Positions 1 through 8,903 of a DNA stretch of 64,000 bases are shown here, in pieces; position 1 is the first letter of the stretch, and the number at the start of each line of letters is the position of its first letter. The position numbers and the translations under genes were made by a program. This stretch comes from Fluviicola sp. Its GTDB lineage: Bacteria; Bacteroidota; Bacteroidia; Flavobacteriales_D; Crocinitomicaceae. Below the pieces are notes generated by a model. The model did not search any database and was not told the DNA's origin. It was given only the letters and a program-made list of their open reading frames with translations. The stretch spans positions 1,678 through 65,677 of the forward strand of contig NVXU02000044.1 of assembly GCA_002734065.2 (NCBI GenBank), read 5' to 3'.

Positions 1-2
1 GG

Positions 3-815
3 TTGTTTACCAAGATGGTGGTTGCTGATAATTTGGCCCCTTTTGTCGATGAAATTTATGCCCATTCCGAATTGTACAATTCTAGCTCTATTTTACTCGG
101 AATGGTCTTCTATTCTTTTCAAATTTATTGTGATTTCTTCGGTTATTCGTTGATTGCCATCGGAAGTGCGTTGATTATGGGTATTCGCCTAATGAACAAT
201 TTTAATTCTCCCTATTTGTCGCGGAATATTGCTGATTTTTGGCAACGTTGGCACATTTCCTTATCCACTTGGTTTAGAGATTATCTATTTTTTCCGATGG
301 GAGGTAGTCGAAGCAAAACCTTTCGCAGGATTTTCAATATTTTCACCGTTTTTATTGTCAGTGGATTGTGGCATGGCGCCAACTATACTTTCCTATTTTG
401 GGGCTTGATTTTTGCCCTTGCTTATTTGTTAGAAAAGGGTCTCAATAGAATGCTAAAACCGAAGAAAGTCAAAGCTTTTTCTGTCGTTCATATTCTTCTT
501 GCACTCAAAACATTTACTATCGTAACCTTGGCTTGGGTGTTTTTTAGAAGTCCATCAATAGGCGATGCATTTACTTTGTTGGGAGATTTGCTCGGCAACT
601 TTTCTGTTGATAACTTTGTGAATATCAGTACTCTATCGCTTTGTGTTTTTGGGTCATTCATTCTCATTGACTTGTTGCTCTTCAACAAGCGTTATGATTC
701 TTGGATAGGCAAACAGCATTTTGCTATCCGTTGGGCGAGTTATTTTGCGTTGCTATTTGCCATCATTTCATTCTCAGGGGTAGAAGAAATTCCATTTATT
801 TATTTTCAATTTTAA
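3..815 (+). CDS. MBOAT-family membrane O-acyltransferase (AlgI/DltB-like), 5' end cut by window edge
   Basis: Open frame from window start; polytopic; conserved MBOAT histidine region FWQRWHISLSTWFRDYLFFPMGG. Confidence 0.85.
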   Translation: MFTKMVVADNLAPFVDEIYAHSELYNSSSILLGMVFYSFQIYCDFFGYSLIAIGSALIMGIRLMNNFNSPYLSRNIADFWQRWHISLSTWFRDYLFFPMGGSRSKTFRRIFNIFTVFIVSGLWHGANYTFLFWGLIFALAYLLEKGLNRMLKPKKVKAFSVVHILLALKTFTIVTLAWVFFRSPSIGDAFTLLGDLLGNFSVDNFVNISTLSLCVFGSFILIDLLLFNKRYDSWIGKQHFAIRWASYFALLFAIISFSGVEEIPFIYFQF

Positions 816-818
816 GGA

Positions 819-1820
819 ATGGTAATTGTCAAAAAAATAGCAATTAGAATTGGTGCTCTGGCAGCGATGCTTTTTGTCATGAACTTTATTTACACAAGCT
901 TCTTTTTTGAAGGCGATTTGCAAGAACATTCTCCCATAGTCAATGCCATTAAAAGCGTTCCGAAAAAAACAACCATTCTGTATTTGGGAGAATCTTCTAA
1001 CGTCACTTATGCGGAAAGTGATGCCAATAAAAATTCTATCAGTGAAATGCTCGACGGCTTGTTGAAGAATGAAAAAGTAACCGACATTACGAAGCCTGCC
1101 GCTCATTCTGGTATTTACAAAACGATTTTAGAGAATGTTGCCGATGACAGTCGCATAAAAACAGTAATTATCACGCTCAACTTGCGTTCTTTCGCTGCAG
1201 ATTGGGTGTTTTCAGAATTAGAAGCGCCTTTGCAGAAAGAAATGATGTTGTTGCAGAATTGTCCGCCCTTATACAATCGTTTTTTGCTGTCATTTAGAGC
1301 TTATGGAACAAGGAGTGAGCGCAAACGTTTTGAAAAAATAAATGTTTGGTGGGAACGGGAGTTTATACTTCCTCGCAATAAAAAGAAGATGACCGTTCGG
1401 CGATGGCAACAGCAAATAAACGAAACTTGGGAAGGGAGCAACATTGAGAATAGGGAATTGGCAAAGAGTTATGTGAATAATTTCGCTTTTAAGATTGACA
1501 AAAACCATCCTCGCATAAAAGATTTAGATGCGATTGTAGAATTGGCAAAAAAACGAGGTTGGAACCTGCTGTTTAACGTTCTCCCTGAGAATGTTGATGC
1601 GATAAAAACGCTTGTCGGGAATGATTTACTTGTCTTGATGAAGAAAAACACTCGTTTTTTGACCAAACGATATGAAAAAGAAGGAGTCAGCGTGGTCAAT
1701 AACCTCGCTCAGGTTCGAGAAAGTGATTTTATCGATAAAATTTTTCCAACAGAGCATTATGATGAAACTGGAAGAATGCTCATTGCTAAGAGATTGGCGA
1801 TGGAATTTATGAGAGAATAA
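819..1820 (+). CDS. membrane-anchored SGNH/DltD-like partner of the MBOAT protein (putative)
   Basis: Starts 3 nt after MBOAT stop; N-terminal TM anchor; LYLGESS (SGNH block I-like) and C-terminal EHYDETG (Asp/His block-like); function inferred from motifs and pairing only. Confidence 0.5.
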   Translation: MVIVKKIAIRIGALAAMLFVMNFIYTSFFFEGDLQEHSPIVNAIKSVPKKTTILYLGESSNVTYAESDANKNSISEMLDGLLKNEKVTDITKPAAHSGIYKTILENVADDSRIKTVIITLNLRSFAADWVFSELEAPLQKEMMLLQNCPPLYNRFLLSFRAYGTRSERKRFEKINVWWEREFILPRNKKKMTVRRWQQQINETWEGSNIENRELAKSYVNNFAFKIDKNHPRIKDLDAIVELAKKRGWNLLFNVLPENVDAIKTLVGNDLLVLMKKNTRFLTKRYEKEGVSVVNNLAQVRESDFIDKIFPTEHYDETGRMLIAKRLAMEFMRE

Positions 1821-1879
1821 AATCTTATTTCTACGCTTCACATTCTTCAATCTTCAAATCTTTCAACTATCTTCGTCCT

Positions 1880-2458
1880 ATGTTTACAGGAATCATAGAA
1901 CAATTAGGAATCGTTAAAAGTATCAACAAAGAAGGTGAAAACATTCACTTTACTTTGGAGGCGGATTTTACGCAAGAATTAAAGGTTGATCAAAGTGTAG
2001 CGCATAACGGTTGCTGCCTAACGGTGGTTAACATCAACGGAAATCAATACACCGTAACGGCAATTCAAGAAACGCTTCAGAAAACCAATTTAGGTTCTTG
2101 GGAAGTGGGAACAAAAGTCAACCTCGAACGTTGCATGCTTATGAATGGTCGCTTGGACGGACACATTGTTCAAGGCCACGTTGATACCACAGCCACTTGC
2201 ATTGGCAAAGAAAATCAAAATGGCAGTTGGAAGTTCACTTTTGAATACAAAAGCAAGGATATCACCGTGGAAAAAGGTTCTGTGACCATCAACGGTACAA
2301 GTTTGACGGTTGTTGACTCAAAAGAGACGCAATTTTCCGTTCATATTATACCTTATACCTATGAATTCACAAATTTTCATCAAATAGAAATTGGAAGCTC
2401 GGTGAATTTGGAATTTGATATTATCGGGAAGTATGTGGCGAAGTTGGTAAAGAAATAA
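1880..2458 (+). CDS. ribE: riboflavin synthase alpha subunit
   Basis: MFTGIIEQLG N-terminus, duplicated lumazine-binding half-domains (GDKVNLE-like VNLERC / VNLEFD), 192 aa. Confidence 0.93.
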   Translation: MFTGIIEQLGIVKSINKEGENIHFTLEADFTQELKVDQSVAHNGCCLTVVNINGNQYTVTAIQETLQKTNLGSWEVGTKVNLERCMLMNGRLDGHIVQGHVDTTATCIGKENQNGSWKFTFEYKSKDITVEKGSVTINGTSLTVVDSKETQFSVHIIPYTYEFTNFHQIEIGSSVNLEFDIIGKYVAKLVKK

Positions 2459-2502
2459 TTTTGTAGGGGCAGGTCGCGACCTGCCCCTACAAAATTATTT
2501 CT
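2451..2502. terminator. 52-bp perfect palindrome (26-bp arms, no loop) between convergent ribE and 2515..3072; probable bidirectional terminator / REP-like element
   Basis: agaaataattttgtaggggcaggtcg|cgacctgcccctacaaaattatttct verified base by base; includes ribE stop codon; extra half-copy ctgcccctac at 2501-2510. Confidence 0.7.
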
Positions 2503-2514
2503 GCCCCTACTGTA

Positions 2515-3072
2515 TTATTTCTTCCTCCACTTTTTCAAAATACGTTTGCCTGTTTTTTTTCTGAATTTCTTCAAAACAGTTTCTCTGTCACCAACATTTC
2601 CGCATTTTACCATGTCTGTATAGACAAATTCACCATTTCGGTAGAATTTGAATTCAAAACTAATAGAAACGATGTCTTGACGGTATAAATCGAAGAGTCC
2701 ACCAACAGAAAGTGCTGCCGCAAGGTTTTCTCGGCCTTCGGTTTTTTTGAAGCGTCTGTCGTAACCTCTAACGGAAACCAAGCAGTAAGTGTCAATTCCT
2801 TTGGTTTTCATGATTTCTGCGATAGAATCTGAAGCCAAAATTTTTGAATCTTCGCCAAATTTCATATAATTCAAAGACGGCTCGGCTTTGATGCCACTTG
2901 CCACCAATAATTGCGTCAAATTTATCTCTAAAGAGTACCTGTCGTCAGGATTGTCTAATTGTGCAACGACCAACGCGTTGGTCAAATTCAATTTTTCCTT
3001 CTTTTGCTTCTTCTGAGAGAAAGAAGTACTTGCAATGAGTAAAACGGACAATAAAACGATAAAATTCTTCAT
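2515..3072 (-). CDS. secreted hypothetical protein (signal peptide, Lys-rich C-terminus)
   Basis: MKNFIVLLSVLLIASTSFSQ signal peptide; no recognisable family. Confidence 0.6.
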   Translation of the reverse strand: MKNFIVLLSVLLIASTSFSQKKQKKEKLNLTNALVVAQLDNPDDRYSLEINLTQLLVASGIKAEPSLNYMKFGEDSKILASDSIAEIMKTKGIDTYCLVSVRGYDRRFKKTEGRENLAAALSVGGLFDLYRQDIVSISFEFKFYRNGEFVYTDMVKCGNVGDRETVLKKFRKKTGKRILKKWRKK

Positions 3073-3075
3073 AAT

Positions 3076-4026
3076 TTAAAATATTTCTTTGGCAATAGCC
3101 TTCACGGATACTGAATTAGACATGGTATAATAATGAATGCATGGAACGCCTGCAGCATTTAATTCTTTCGATTGTTGAATTCCCCATTCTATTCCGACTT
3201 GAGCAACATCTGCATTTGATTTACACTTCAACAATTCTTTTGACAGCGCTTCCGGGTAATCAATGTGAAAGAATTTCGGTAAAAACGAAATATGATTCAT
3301 CGATTTAATCGGTTTTAATCCTGGAATAATAGGAACGGTAATTCCGATGGCACGGCAAGCTTTCACGAAATCAAAATACTTCTGATTGTCAAAAAACATT
3401 TGCGTAACGACATATTCAGCTCCCGCATCGACCTTCTTTTTTAAATTCTCCAAGTCAAAATTGAGGTTCATGGCTTCAAAATGCTTTTCTGGATATCCTG
3501 CGGCACCAATGCAAAAATCGGTTGGTTCTAATTGAATGTCGTCCATTAAATAAGTCCCACTATTCATTTCTACAACTTGCTCAATCAATTGTTGTGCAAA
3601 TTGATGCCCGTATTTGTGCGGTCTGAAATTCGATTCTGTTTTGATAGAATCCCCTCGTAAAGCCAGCACATTGTCAATTCCTAAGAATTGTAAATCAATC
3701 AATGCATTTTCTGTTTCTTCTTTGGAGAATCCACCACAAATAAGGTGAGGAACTGCATCTACATCGTATCTGTTCATAATTGCGGCACAAATTCCGACCG
3801 TTCCTGGGCGTTTTCTAATTGCAATTTTCTCCAACAAACCATTCTCTCGTTCTTTGTAAATAAACTCCTCTCTATGGTAGGTGACATTGACGAACTTCGG
3901 TTTAAATTCCATTAATGGATCAATGCCATCATAGATAGATTGAATGCTTTTCCCCTTGAGTGGAGGAAGAATTTCAAAAGAAAATAAGGTGCTTTTTGCC
4001 CCTTTTATGTGATCTGTAACCTTCAT
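3076..4026 (-). CDS. metF: 5,10-methylenetetrahydrofolate reductase
   Basis: 316 aa; FSFEILPP, TYH, HLICGG, LALRGD motifs typical of MetF. Confidence 0.9.
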   Translation of the reverse strand: MKVTDHIKGAKSTLFSFEILPPLKGKSIQSIYDGIDPLMEFKPKFVNVTYHREEFIYKERENGLLEKIAIRKRPGTVGICAAIMNRYDVDAVPHLICGGFSKEETENALIDLQFLGIDNVLALRGDSIKTESNFRPHKYGHQFAQQLIEQVVEMNSGTYLMDDIQLEPTDFCIGAAGYPEKHFEAMNLNFDLENLKKKVDAGAEYVVTQMFFDNQKYFDFVKACRAIGITVPIIPGLKPIKSMNHISFLPKFFHIDYPEALSKELLKCKSNADVAQVGIEWGIQQSKELNAAGVPCIHYYTMSNSVSVKAIAKEIF

Positions 4027-4118
4027 TTATGCTAAAATAGAGAGTAAAGATAAACTTCACGATTGAAAAACATCAAAAATTAGGTTTTTTTAGGTAAAAA
4101 TGTGAATAAATCGGATAG

Positions 4119-5108
4119 ATGCTTTTTTTACCCAATCCGATATTGTATATTTGTGGGGTGTGGGAAATTGATGTGACATATAGAGAAGAATTAAGCACCA
4201 CCTTTGAGCGCTTACAAGACAAACTTGCCGTTTTAAACAAGGCAAGACCCTTGTCCCAATCCGCTTTGTCCAAAATCAAGGAAGTTCTGCAGATAGAATG
4301 GACATACAACTCCAACAGCATCGAAGGAAACACCTTAAACCTGAGAGAAACGCAAATGGTTTTGCAAGAAGGAATCACCATCAAAGGGAAATCTTTACGC
4401 GAGCATTTTGAGGCAAAGAATCACGAAACAGCCATTCATTATCTAACGACCCTTGTCCATAAAAACTACATTTTATCCTGCCATGATATTCTATCTTTGC
4501 ATGGCCTTGTACTGCGTTCTATAGAAGACGAATTTGCAGGTCGCATTAGAAATGCTGGTGTACGAATCTCTGGCGCCAACTTCACGCCGCCCAATGCATA
4601 TAGAGCCTCTGAATTACTAAACGAGCTGATTTCGTTTACCAATAACAATCCTTTGTGTCTAAACGAAATAGAATTAGCCACCGTTTTTCATCACAAGATG
4701 GTTTGGATACACCCCTTTTTTGATGGCAATGGTCGCACCGTTCGTTTGGCCATGAATTTATTGCTCATGCGTCACGGTTATCCCCCTGCCATTATTCTAA
4801 AAACAGATAGAAAAAAATATTACGAAGCCCTAAATCAAGCAAACAAAGGTAACTACCATAAATTGATGTTGCTCATGTGTCAGGCGGTAGAGCGTTCGTT
4901 AAACATCTACCTAACAGCTCTCCCAGAAAGAGATATTGACTACAAAAGTATCACCCAAATTGTGCGTGAGCCAAGCGTTCCTTACGGGCAAGAATATGTC
5001 AGTTTATTGGCAAGAACAGGCAAAATTGATGCGCACAAAGAAGGTAGAAATTGGGTAACCACTAAAAAAGCGATTGAAGATTACATCCTCGAAAAAAAAA
5101 CGAACTAA
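4119..5108 (+). CDS. Fic-family protein (class II, with N-terminal inhibitory helix motif)
   Basis: Fic core HPFFDGNGRTVR (HxFx[DE]GNGRxxR); upstream SNSIEG matches [ST]xxxE[GN]; true start uncertain (in-frame GTG candidates just after 4150). Confidence 0.88.
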   Translation: MLFLPNPILYICGVWEIDVTYREELSTTFERLQDKLAVLNKARPLSQSALSKIKEVLQIEWTYNSNSIEGNTLNLRETQMVLQEGITIKGKSLREHFEAKNHETAIHYLTTLVHKNYILSCHDILSLHGLVLRSIEDEFAGRIRNAGVRISGANFTPPNAYRASELLNELISFTNNNPLCLNEIELATVFHHKMVWIHPFFDGNGRTVRLAMNLLLMRHGYPPAIILKTDRKKYYEALNQANKGNYHKLMLLMCQAVERSLNIYLTALPERDIDYKSITQIVREPSVPYGQEYVSLLARTGKIDAHKEGRNWVTTKKAIEDYILEKKTN

Positions 5109-5113
5109 ATTAC

Positions 5114-5776
5114 TTATTTCAAGAATAATCCAGCGTATTTTAAGTCAGACTGATTTGTGATTTTGATGTTTTCGATATTTCCCTCCACCGTTTTGATTTT
5201 GTATCCTGCCTCTTCCACAAGACTTGCGTCGTCCGTAATCCCTTTGTGGTACTGCTGTTCGTAAGCCGCTGTGATTACCTCTTTCTTAAAGCACTGAGGA
5301 GTTTGCACCAATAAATAGTCGGTTCGGTCCACGGCTTTGGTTGTTTTTTCATTCTTCATTCTCATAGAATCGACAACGGCAATAACTGGAATTACTGCAT
5401 CGTGTTTATGAAGAACTTTCACGCAGTTTTTCATAGTGTCGTGACTAACCAACGGCCTTACACCGTCATGAATAGAAATATAATCTCCGTAACAATATTC
5501 TAACGCGTTTTTTATGGAGTGGAACCGTTCTTTGCCCCCGGCAACAACTCGGTGCGGAATTTTGAAATTGTGATCCGCAATCAAAGCTTCCCAATATTCT
5601 CTCCATTCTTCGGGCAGTGTTATGACAATTTGCACTTTTGGGTCAAAATGGTAGAACTTCTCAATGGTATGCATCAACAAAGGCTTGTCATTAATGGCAA
5701 TGAATTGCTTCGGAAGAGAAGACCCCATTCTTTTGCCAATGCCGCCTGCTGTTATGATGATGCTGTATTTGCTCAT
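5114..5776 (-). CDS. ispD: 2-C-methyl-D-erythritol 4-phosphate cytidylyltransferase
   Basis: IITAGGIGKRMGSSLPKQF N-terminal motif, 220 aa. Confidence 0.92.
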   Translation of the reverse strand: MSKYSIIITAGGIGKRMGSSLPKQFIAINDKPLLMHTIEKFYHFDPKVQIVITLPEEWREYWEALIADHNFKIPHRVVAGGKERFHSIKNALEYCYGDYISIHDGVRPLVSHDTMKNCVKVLHKHDAVIPVIAVVDSMRMKNEKTTKAVDRTDYLLVQTPQCFKKEVITAAYEQQYHKGITDDASLVEEAGYKIKTVEGNIENIKITNQSDLKYAGLFLK

Positions 5777-5873
5777 AGTGTAAATATACCTAAAAACTCT
5801 TTGATTTTGATATGTCCCACAAAAAAAGGTTGCTCATTTCTGAACAACCTTAAATATCGTATCCGATTCAAAT

Positions 5874-6068
5874 TTACTTCAATTGATTCGGGTCATTTGC
5901 CGCTTTAGCACTTAATTTTTTCTGTGTAAACAACCAGTATAAAAGACCAGAAGCAATTCCAATAATGAAGATGTTATTTAAAATATCACCCATCATATTT
6001 TGTTGTAAAAGTTGAAAAGTCCAATCTAAAAAATCTCCTATTCCCCAAAAAATTCCGCTCCAAGTCAT
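5874..6068 (-). CDS. small membrane protein (hypothetical)
   Basis: 64 aa, one clear TM (IFIIGIASGLLYWLF); only ORF filling this gap; weak evidence. Confidence 0.45.
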   Translation of the reverse strand: MTWSGIFWGIGDFLDWTFQLLQQNMMGDILNNIFIIGIASGLLYWLFTQKKLSAKAANDPNQLK

Positions 6069-6139
6069 AACTGCTGTTGTTTAAATGTGCTACAAATAAA
6101 AGCATTTTTTAGAATTAAAACAATGATTTGAATGAATTC

Positions 6140-6922
6140 TTAGTCTGCCGGCTCTAAACCATCGACTATTTGCGTTAATTCTATGAATTGGTCCACAGAA
6201 AGTGTTTCTGGTCGCAGCGCCATAAAAGGGTGATCTACCTTGTTGCCTTTTAGCAACGCTTTTATGGAATTCCGTATCGTTTTTCTTCGTTGATTAAAGC
6301 TCGTTTTTACTACTTGCTTGAACAAAACCTCATCGCAAGGGAGTTTTTCTCTACTGTTTCTTGTGCAGCGAATTACACCTGATTTTACCTTTGGTGGTGG
6401 GTCAAAAACGTGTTCATCTACTGTGAAACAATACTCAATGTCGTAATATGCCTGCATAAACACACTAAGAATACCGTATTGTTTTGTTCCGGGTTTTTCG
6501 GCAATTCTCCAAGCCACTTCTCGCTGAAACATGCCCATAATTTCAGGAATTTGGTTGCGGTGTTCCAGGCATTTGAATAAAATTTGCGAAGAAATGTTGT
6601 AAGGAAAGTTACCGACCACGGCAAACTTTTCTTTGCCCATAATTTCAGGTAAATCTGCCTTTAAAAAATCGGCTTCTATGATTTTATCCTGCAAAACTGG
6701 AAAGTTTTTTTGCAAAAAGGCAATGCTTTCTGTGTCAACCTCCATCACCCAGACATCCTGCTCTTTTTCTAGTAAAAACTCCGTCAAAGCACCCATTCCC
6801 GGGCCAATTTCTAAGACTTTTTTACATCCTTGATGTTGCTTAAATTGGTCCGCGATACGCTGACAGACTCCTTTATCGGTTAAAAAATGCTGTCCGAGGT
6901 GTTTTTTTGCTTTTACACTCAT
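6140..6922 (-). CDS. rsmA: 16S rRNA (adenine1518/1519-N6)-dimethyltransferase
   Basis: KKHLGQHFL start, SAM motif LEIGPGMGALT, GNFPYNISS motif. Confidence 0.93.
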   Translation of the reverse strand: MSVKAKKHLGQHFLTDKGVCQRIADQFKQHQGCKKVLEIGPGMGALTEFLLEKEQDVWVMEVDTESIAFLQKNFPVLQDKIIEADFLKADLPEIMGKEKFAVVGNFPYNISSQILFKCLEHRNQIPEIMGMFQREVAWRIAEKPGTKQYGILSVFMQAYYDIEYCFTVDEHVFDPPPKVKSGVIRCTRNSREKLPCDEVLFKQVVKTSFNQRRKTIRNSIKALLKGNKVDHPFMALRPETLSVDQFIELTQIVDGLEPAD

Positions 6923-6924
6923 TT

Positions 6925-7239
6925 TTAGGGCTTAAATTCTTCTATTACTGTCAACATTGTTCTAAAAGCAGCAAATTTACCATTAAATTTAGCAGAATGG
7001 TCGTTTTGCAAGGAAGTCGCATGTTTTTCTTGGTATTCATCAAAATCTTCTTGCGTTGGGGCAATGTAGGAAATGGCAAAAGTCATTCCGCCCTCTTCTT
7101 CTCCGTGCACGCGAGAAATTCGGCATTCTTTAAAGCATCCGGTTGCCATGACATCTGGAATGTGAGCGTTTCGCATCCAGTCGAGCCAGGCTAAGTGGAC
7201 TGATTTGTCTATGCTTACGGTTACGTTGTATAAGATCAT
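6925..7239 (-). CDS. DUF4286-like small protein
   Basis: 104 aa, MILYNVTV start typical of this family as remembered; 2 nt upstream of rsmA. Confidence 0.6.
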   Translation of the reverse strand: MILYNVTVSIDKSVHLAWLDWMRNAHIPDVMATGCFKECRISRVHGEEEGGMTFAISYIAPTQEDFDEYQEKHATSLQNDHSAKFNGKFAAFRTMLTVIEEFKP

Positions 7240-7241
7240 TG

Positions 7242-7299
7242 GAGTTATGAGTTATGAGTTATGAGTTATGAGTTATGAGTTATGAGTTATGAGTTATGA
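7242..7299. repeat. heptanucleotide tandem repeat (GAGTTAT)x8 plus partial unit
   Basis: Counted directly: 8 perfect units 7242-7297 then GA; ends 2 nt from the start codon (7239) of the minus-strand DUF4286-like gene. Confidence 0.97.
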
Positions 7300-7310
7300 A
7301 AAATAGCGTT

Positions 7311-8903
7311 TTAAATTGATTCTAGGACGGAATTCAAATCTATTAGGTGAAAATAAGACCCCTTGTCGCCCATTAGTAAGAATTTTGTTTTGCCGCTTTG
7401 AATATTGGTGAGTTGGTAGATAGAATTGACAGAATTTTTATAATTGACGTCAATTTCACAAAAATAATGCTTGAATTTGTCCGAAGGCAACTGATCGTCG
7501 GAGACTCCGACTGGCGTGGTGTACTTTTGAAATTTATTTCCTGCTACCACCATTAAATAATCGTAGCTGTTCATTTCAAAGGTCTTCGTTTCTCCTTTTT
7601 TTAGCAACATTGAATATATTTTCCCTCCTTTATTTTGTTGCGACACAACGACAATTGCATCGTAGCCACTTTCGTTTTTAATCATTGCTTCGACAGGTCC
7701 TTTTGAAGAAGAAAGCTCCTTTGTTCCTTCTATTTTTTGGAAGGGGAGTGCATTCTCGCAAGAATCCAAGATTTTGCCTTCTCTTGACTCGGCATCGTTT
7801 ATAAAATCTTGATAAATTCGTTCAAATGTTGTGTTGTAAAAGGTTTTTCGAAGAGTCAATTGGTCGCTTTGGCCTATCAATGGAATTCCTTGATCTATCA
7901 TTAAATCGTCTTCAACGAGGTTTCCATTCATGGCGATTAGTAAGGAGTCAATCTTCTTCCTTTCCTCTTTGGAGAATTGCATAAAAGAAGTGTCGTTATT
8001 GAACTGTGGATCTTCAATATCGCTGAATGGTTTGTATTTTATCACCCAGAATGTGAGTCCTGCGATTAGCAAAACAAGGGTAAAAGTGGCAACGGCACCC
8101 CATTTTATCGGCGTTCTTCCTTTTCCGTGGTTTCTGACCTTTAAATCTCCTTGTTTTAGGTCTTTTCGCAAGTCTTTTACCTTGTAAACGTGCTCGTTGT
8201 TTAATTGGATAAGCGAAAGTTTTTTCAAGACCCAATTTGCGAAACGCGGCGTGCAAGATTTGTACTTTAGCACAGAAAGAACATCGTCCACATACGTCAA
8301 TTTGAAAGAATACGATGCTCTAGACAAGGAATTAACAATGTCTATTATTTTGTCGTCACAGAGAGGTTTAACGAGTGAAATTAATTCGTCTTCTGTTGCC
8401 AAAATTTTGCATTCTTGAGTCGATTTTTTTATTCTCTCGTTGAGTGCGCTAAACAATTGACTTTCTACTGTTGGGCGGTGATTTTTATCGAGCAGACAGA
8501 CATAAGAAAAGGCCTTTTCTAGTGTTTCTAGGCTTTTTTCTCCCGCGTAAACCAATAATTTCTGGGCTAAATAAGGAGATAAAAACGCTTTGTAATTTTC
8601 AATGTATTGATGCTTTAAATGATTGTTGACATCTTCAAAGTTGGTGAGTTTTCCCTCCAGTAAAAATGTTTGCAAAGCTCTGTCTTGTGCTACCCATCCA
8701 TGAAACAGAACGTGCTGTGAGTTTGAAATTGACTTTTTGAATTGTGCTAAGTTCTCATCGTCAATGGATAGTTCTTGTCGAATTCCTTTGCCTTTTTCAG
8801 AATCTAGCTCGACTAAAAACCGTTGCATTCCCTCTTCAGTCATTAAGTCTGAGAAGCTGGTGTACAGTTCGCTGAAATGTTGAATGGGAATAAATGTGCT
8901 CAT
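7311..8903 (-). CDS. single-pass membrane protein of unknown function (530 aa)
   Basis: Long ORF with normal composition; one central TM (WGAVATFTLVLLIAGLTFWVI) separating ~270-aa and ~240-aa domains; no family recognised. Confidence 0.7.
   Translation of the reverse strand: MSTFIPIQHFSELYTSFSDLMTEEGMQRFLVELDSEKGKGIRQELSIDDENLAQFKKSISNSQHVLFHGWVAQDRALQTFLLEGKLTNFEDVNNHLKHQYIENYKAFLSPYLAQKLLVYAGEKSLETLEKAFSYVCLLDKNHRPTVESQLFSALNERIKKSTQECKILATEDELISLVKPLCDDKIIDIVNSLSRASYSFKLTYVDDVLSVLKYKSCTPRFANWVLKKLSLIQLNNEHVYKVKDLRKDLKQGDLKVRNHGKGRTPIKWGAVATFTLVLLIAGLTFWVIKYKPFSDIEDPQFNNDTSFMQFSKEERKKIDSLLIAMNGNLVEDDLMIDQGIPLIGQSDQLTLRKTFYNTTFERIYQDFINDAESREGKILDSCENALPFQKIEGTKELSSSKGPVEAMIKNESGYDAIVVVSQQNKGGKIYSMLLKKGETKTFEMNSYDYLMVVAGNKFQKYTTPVGVSDDQLPSDKFKHYFCEIDVNYKNSVNSIYQLTNIQSGKTKFLLMGDKGSYFHLIDLNSVLESI

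Noticed and set aside
4027-4118. Possible riboswitch upstream of metF, and likewise upstream of ribE at 1821..1879.
   Set aside because: The regions are too short (about 90 and 60 nt) and lack recognisable SAM or FMN riboswitch conserved cores.
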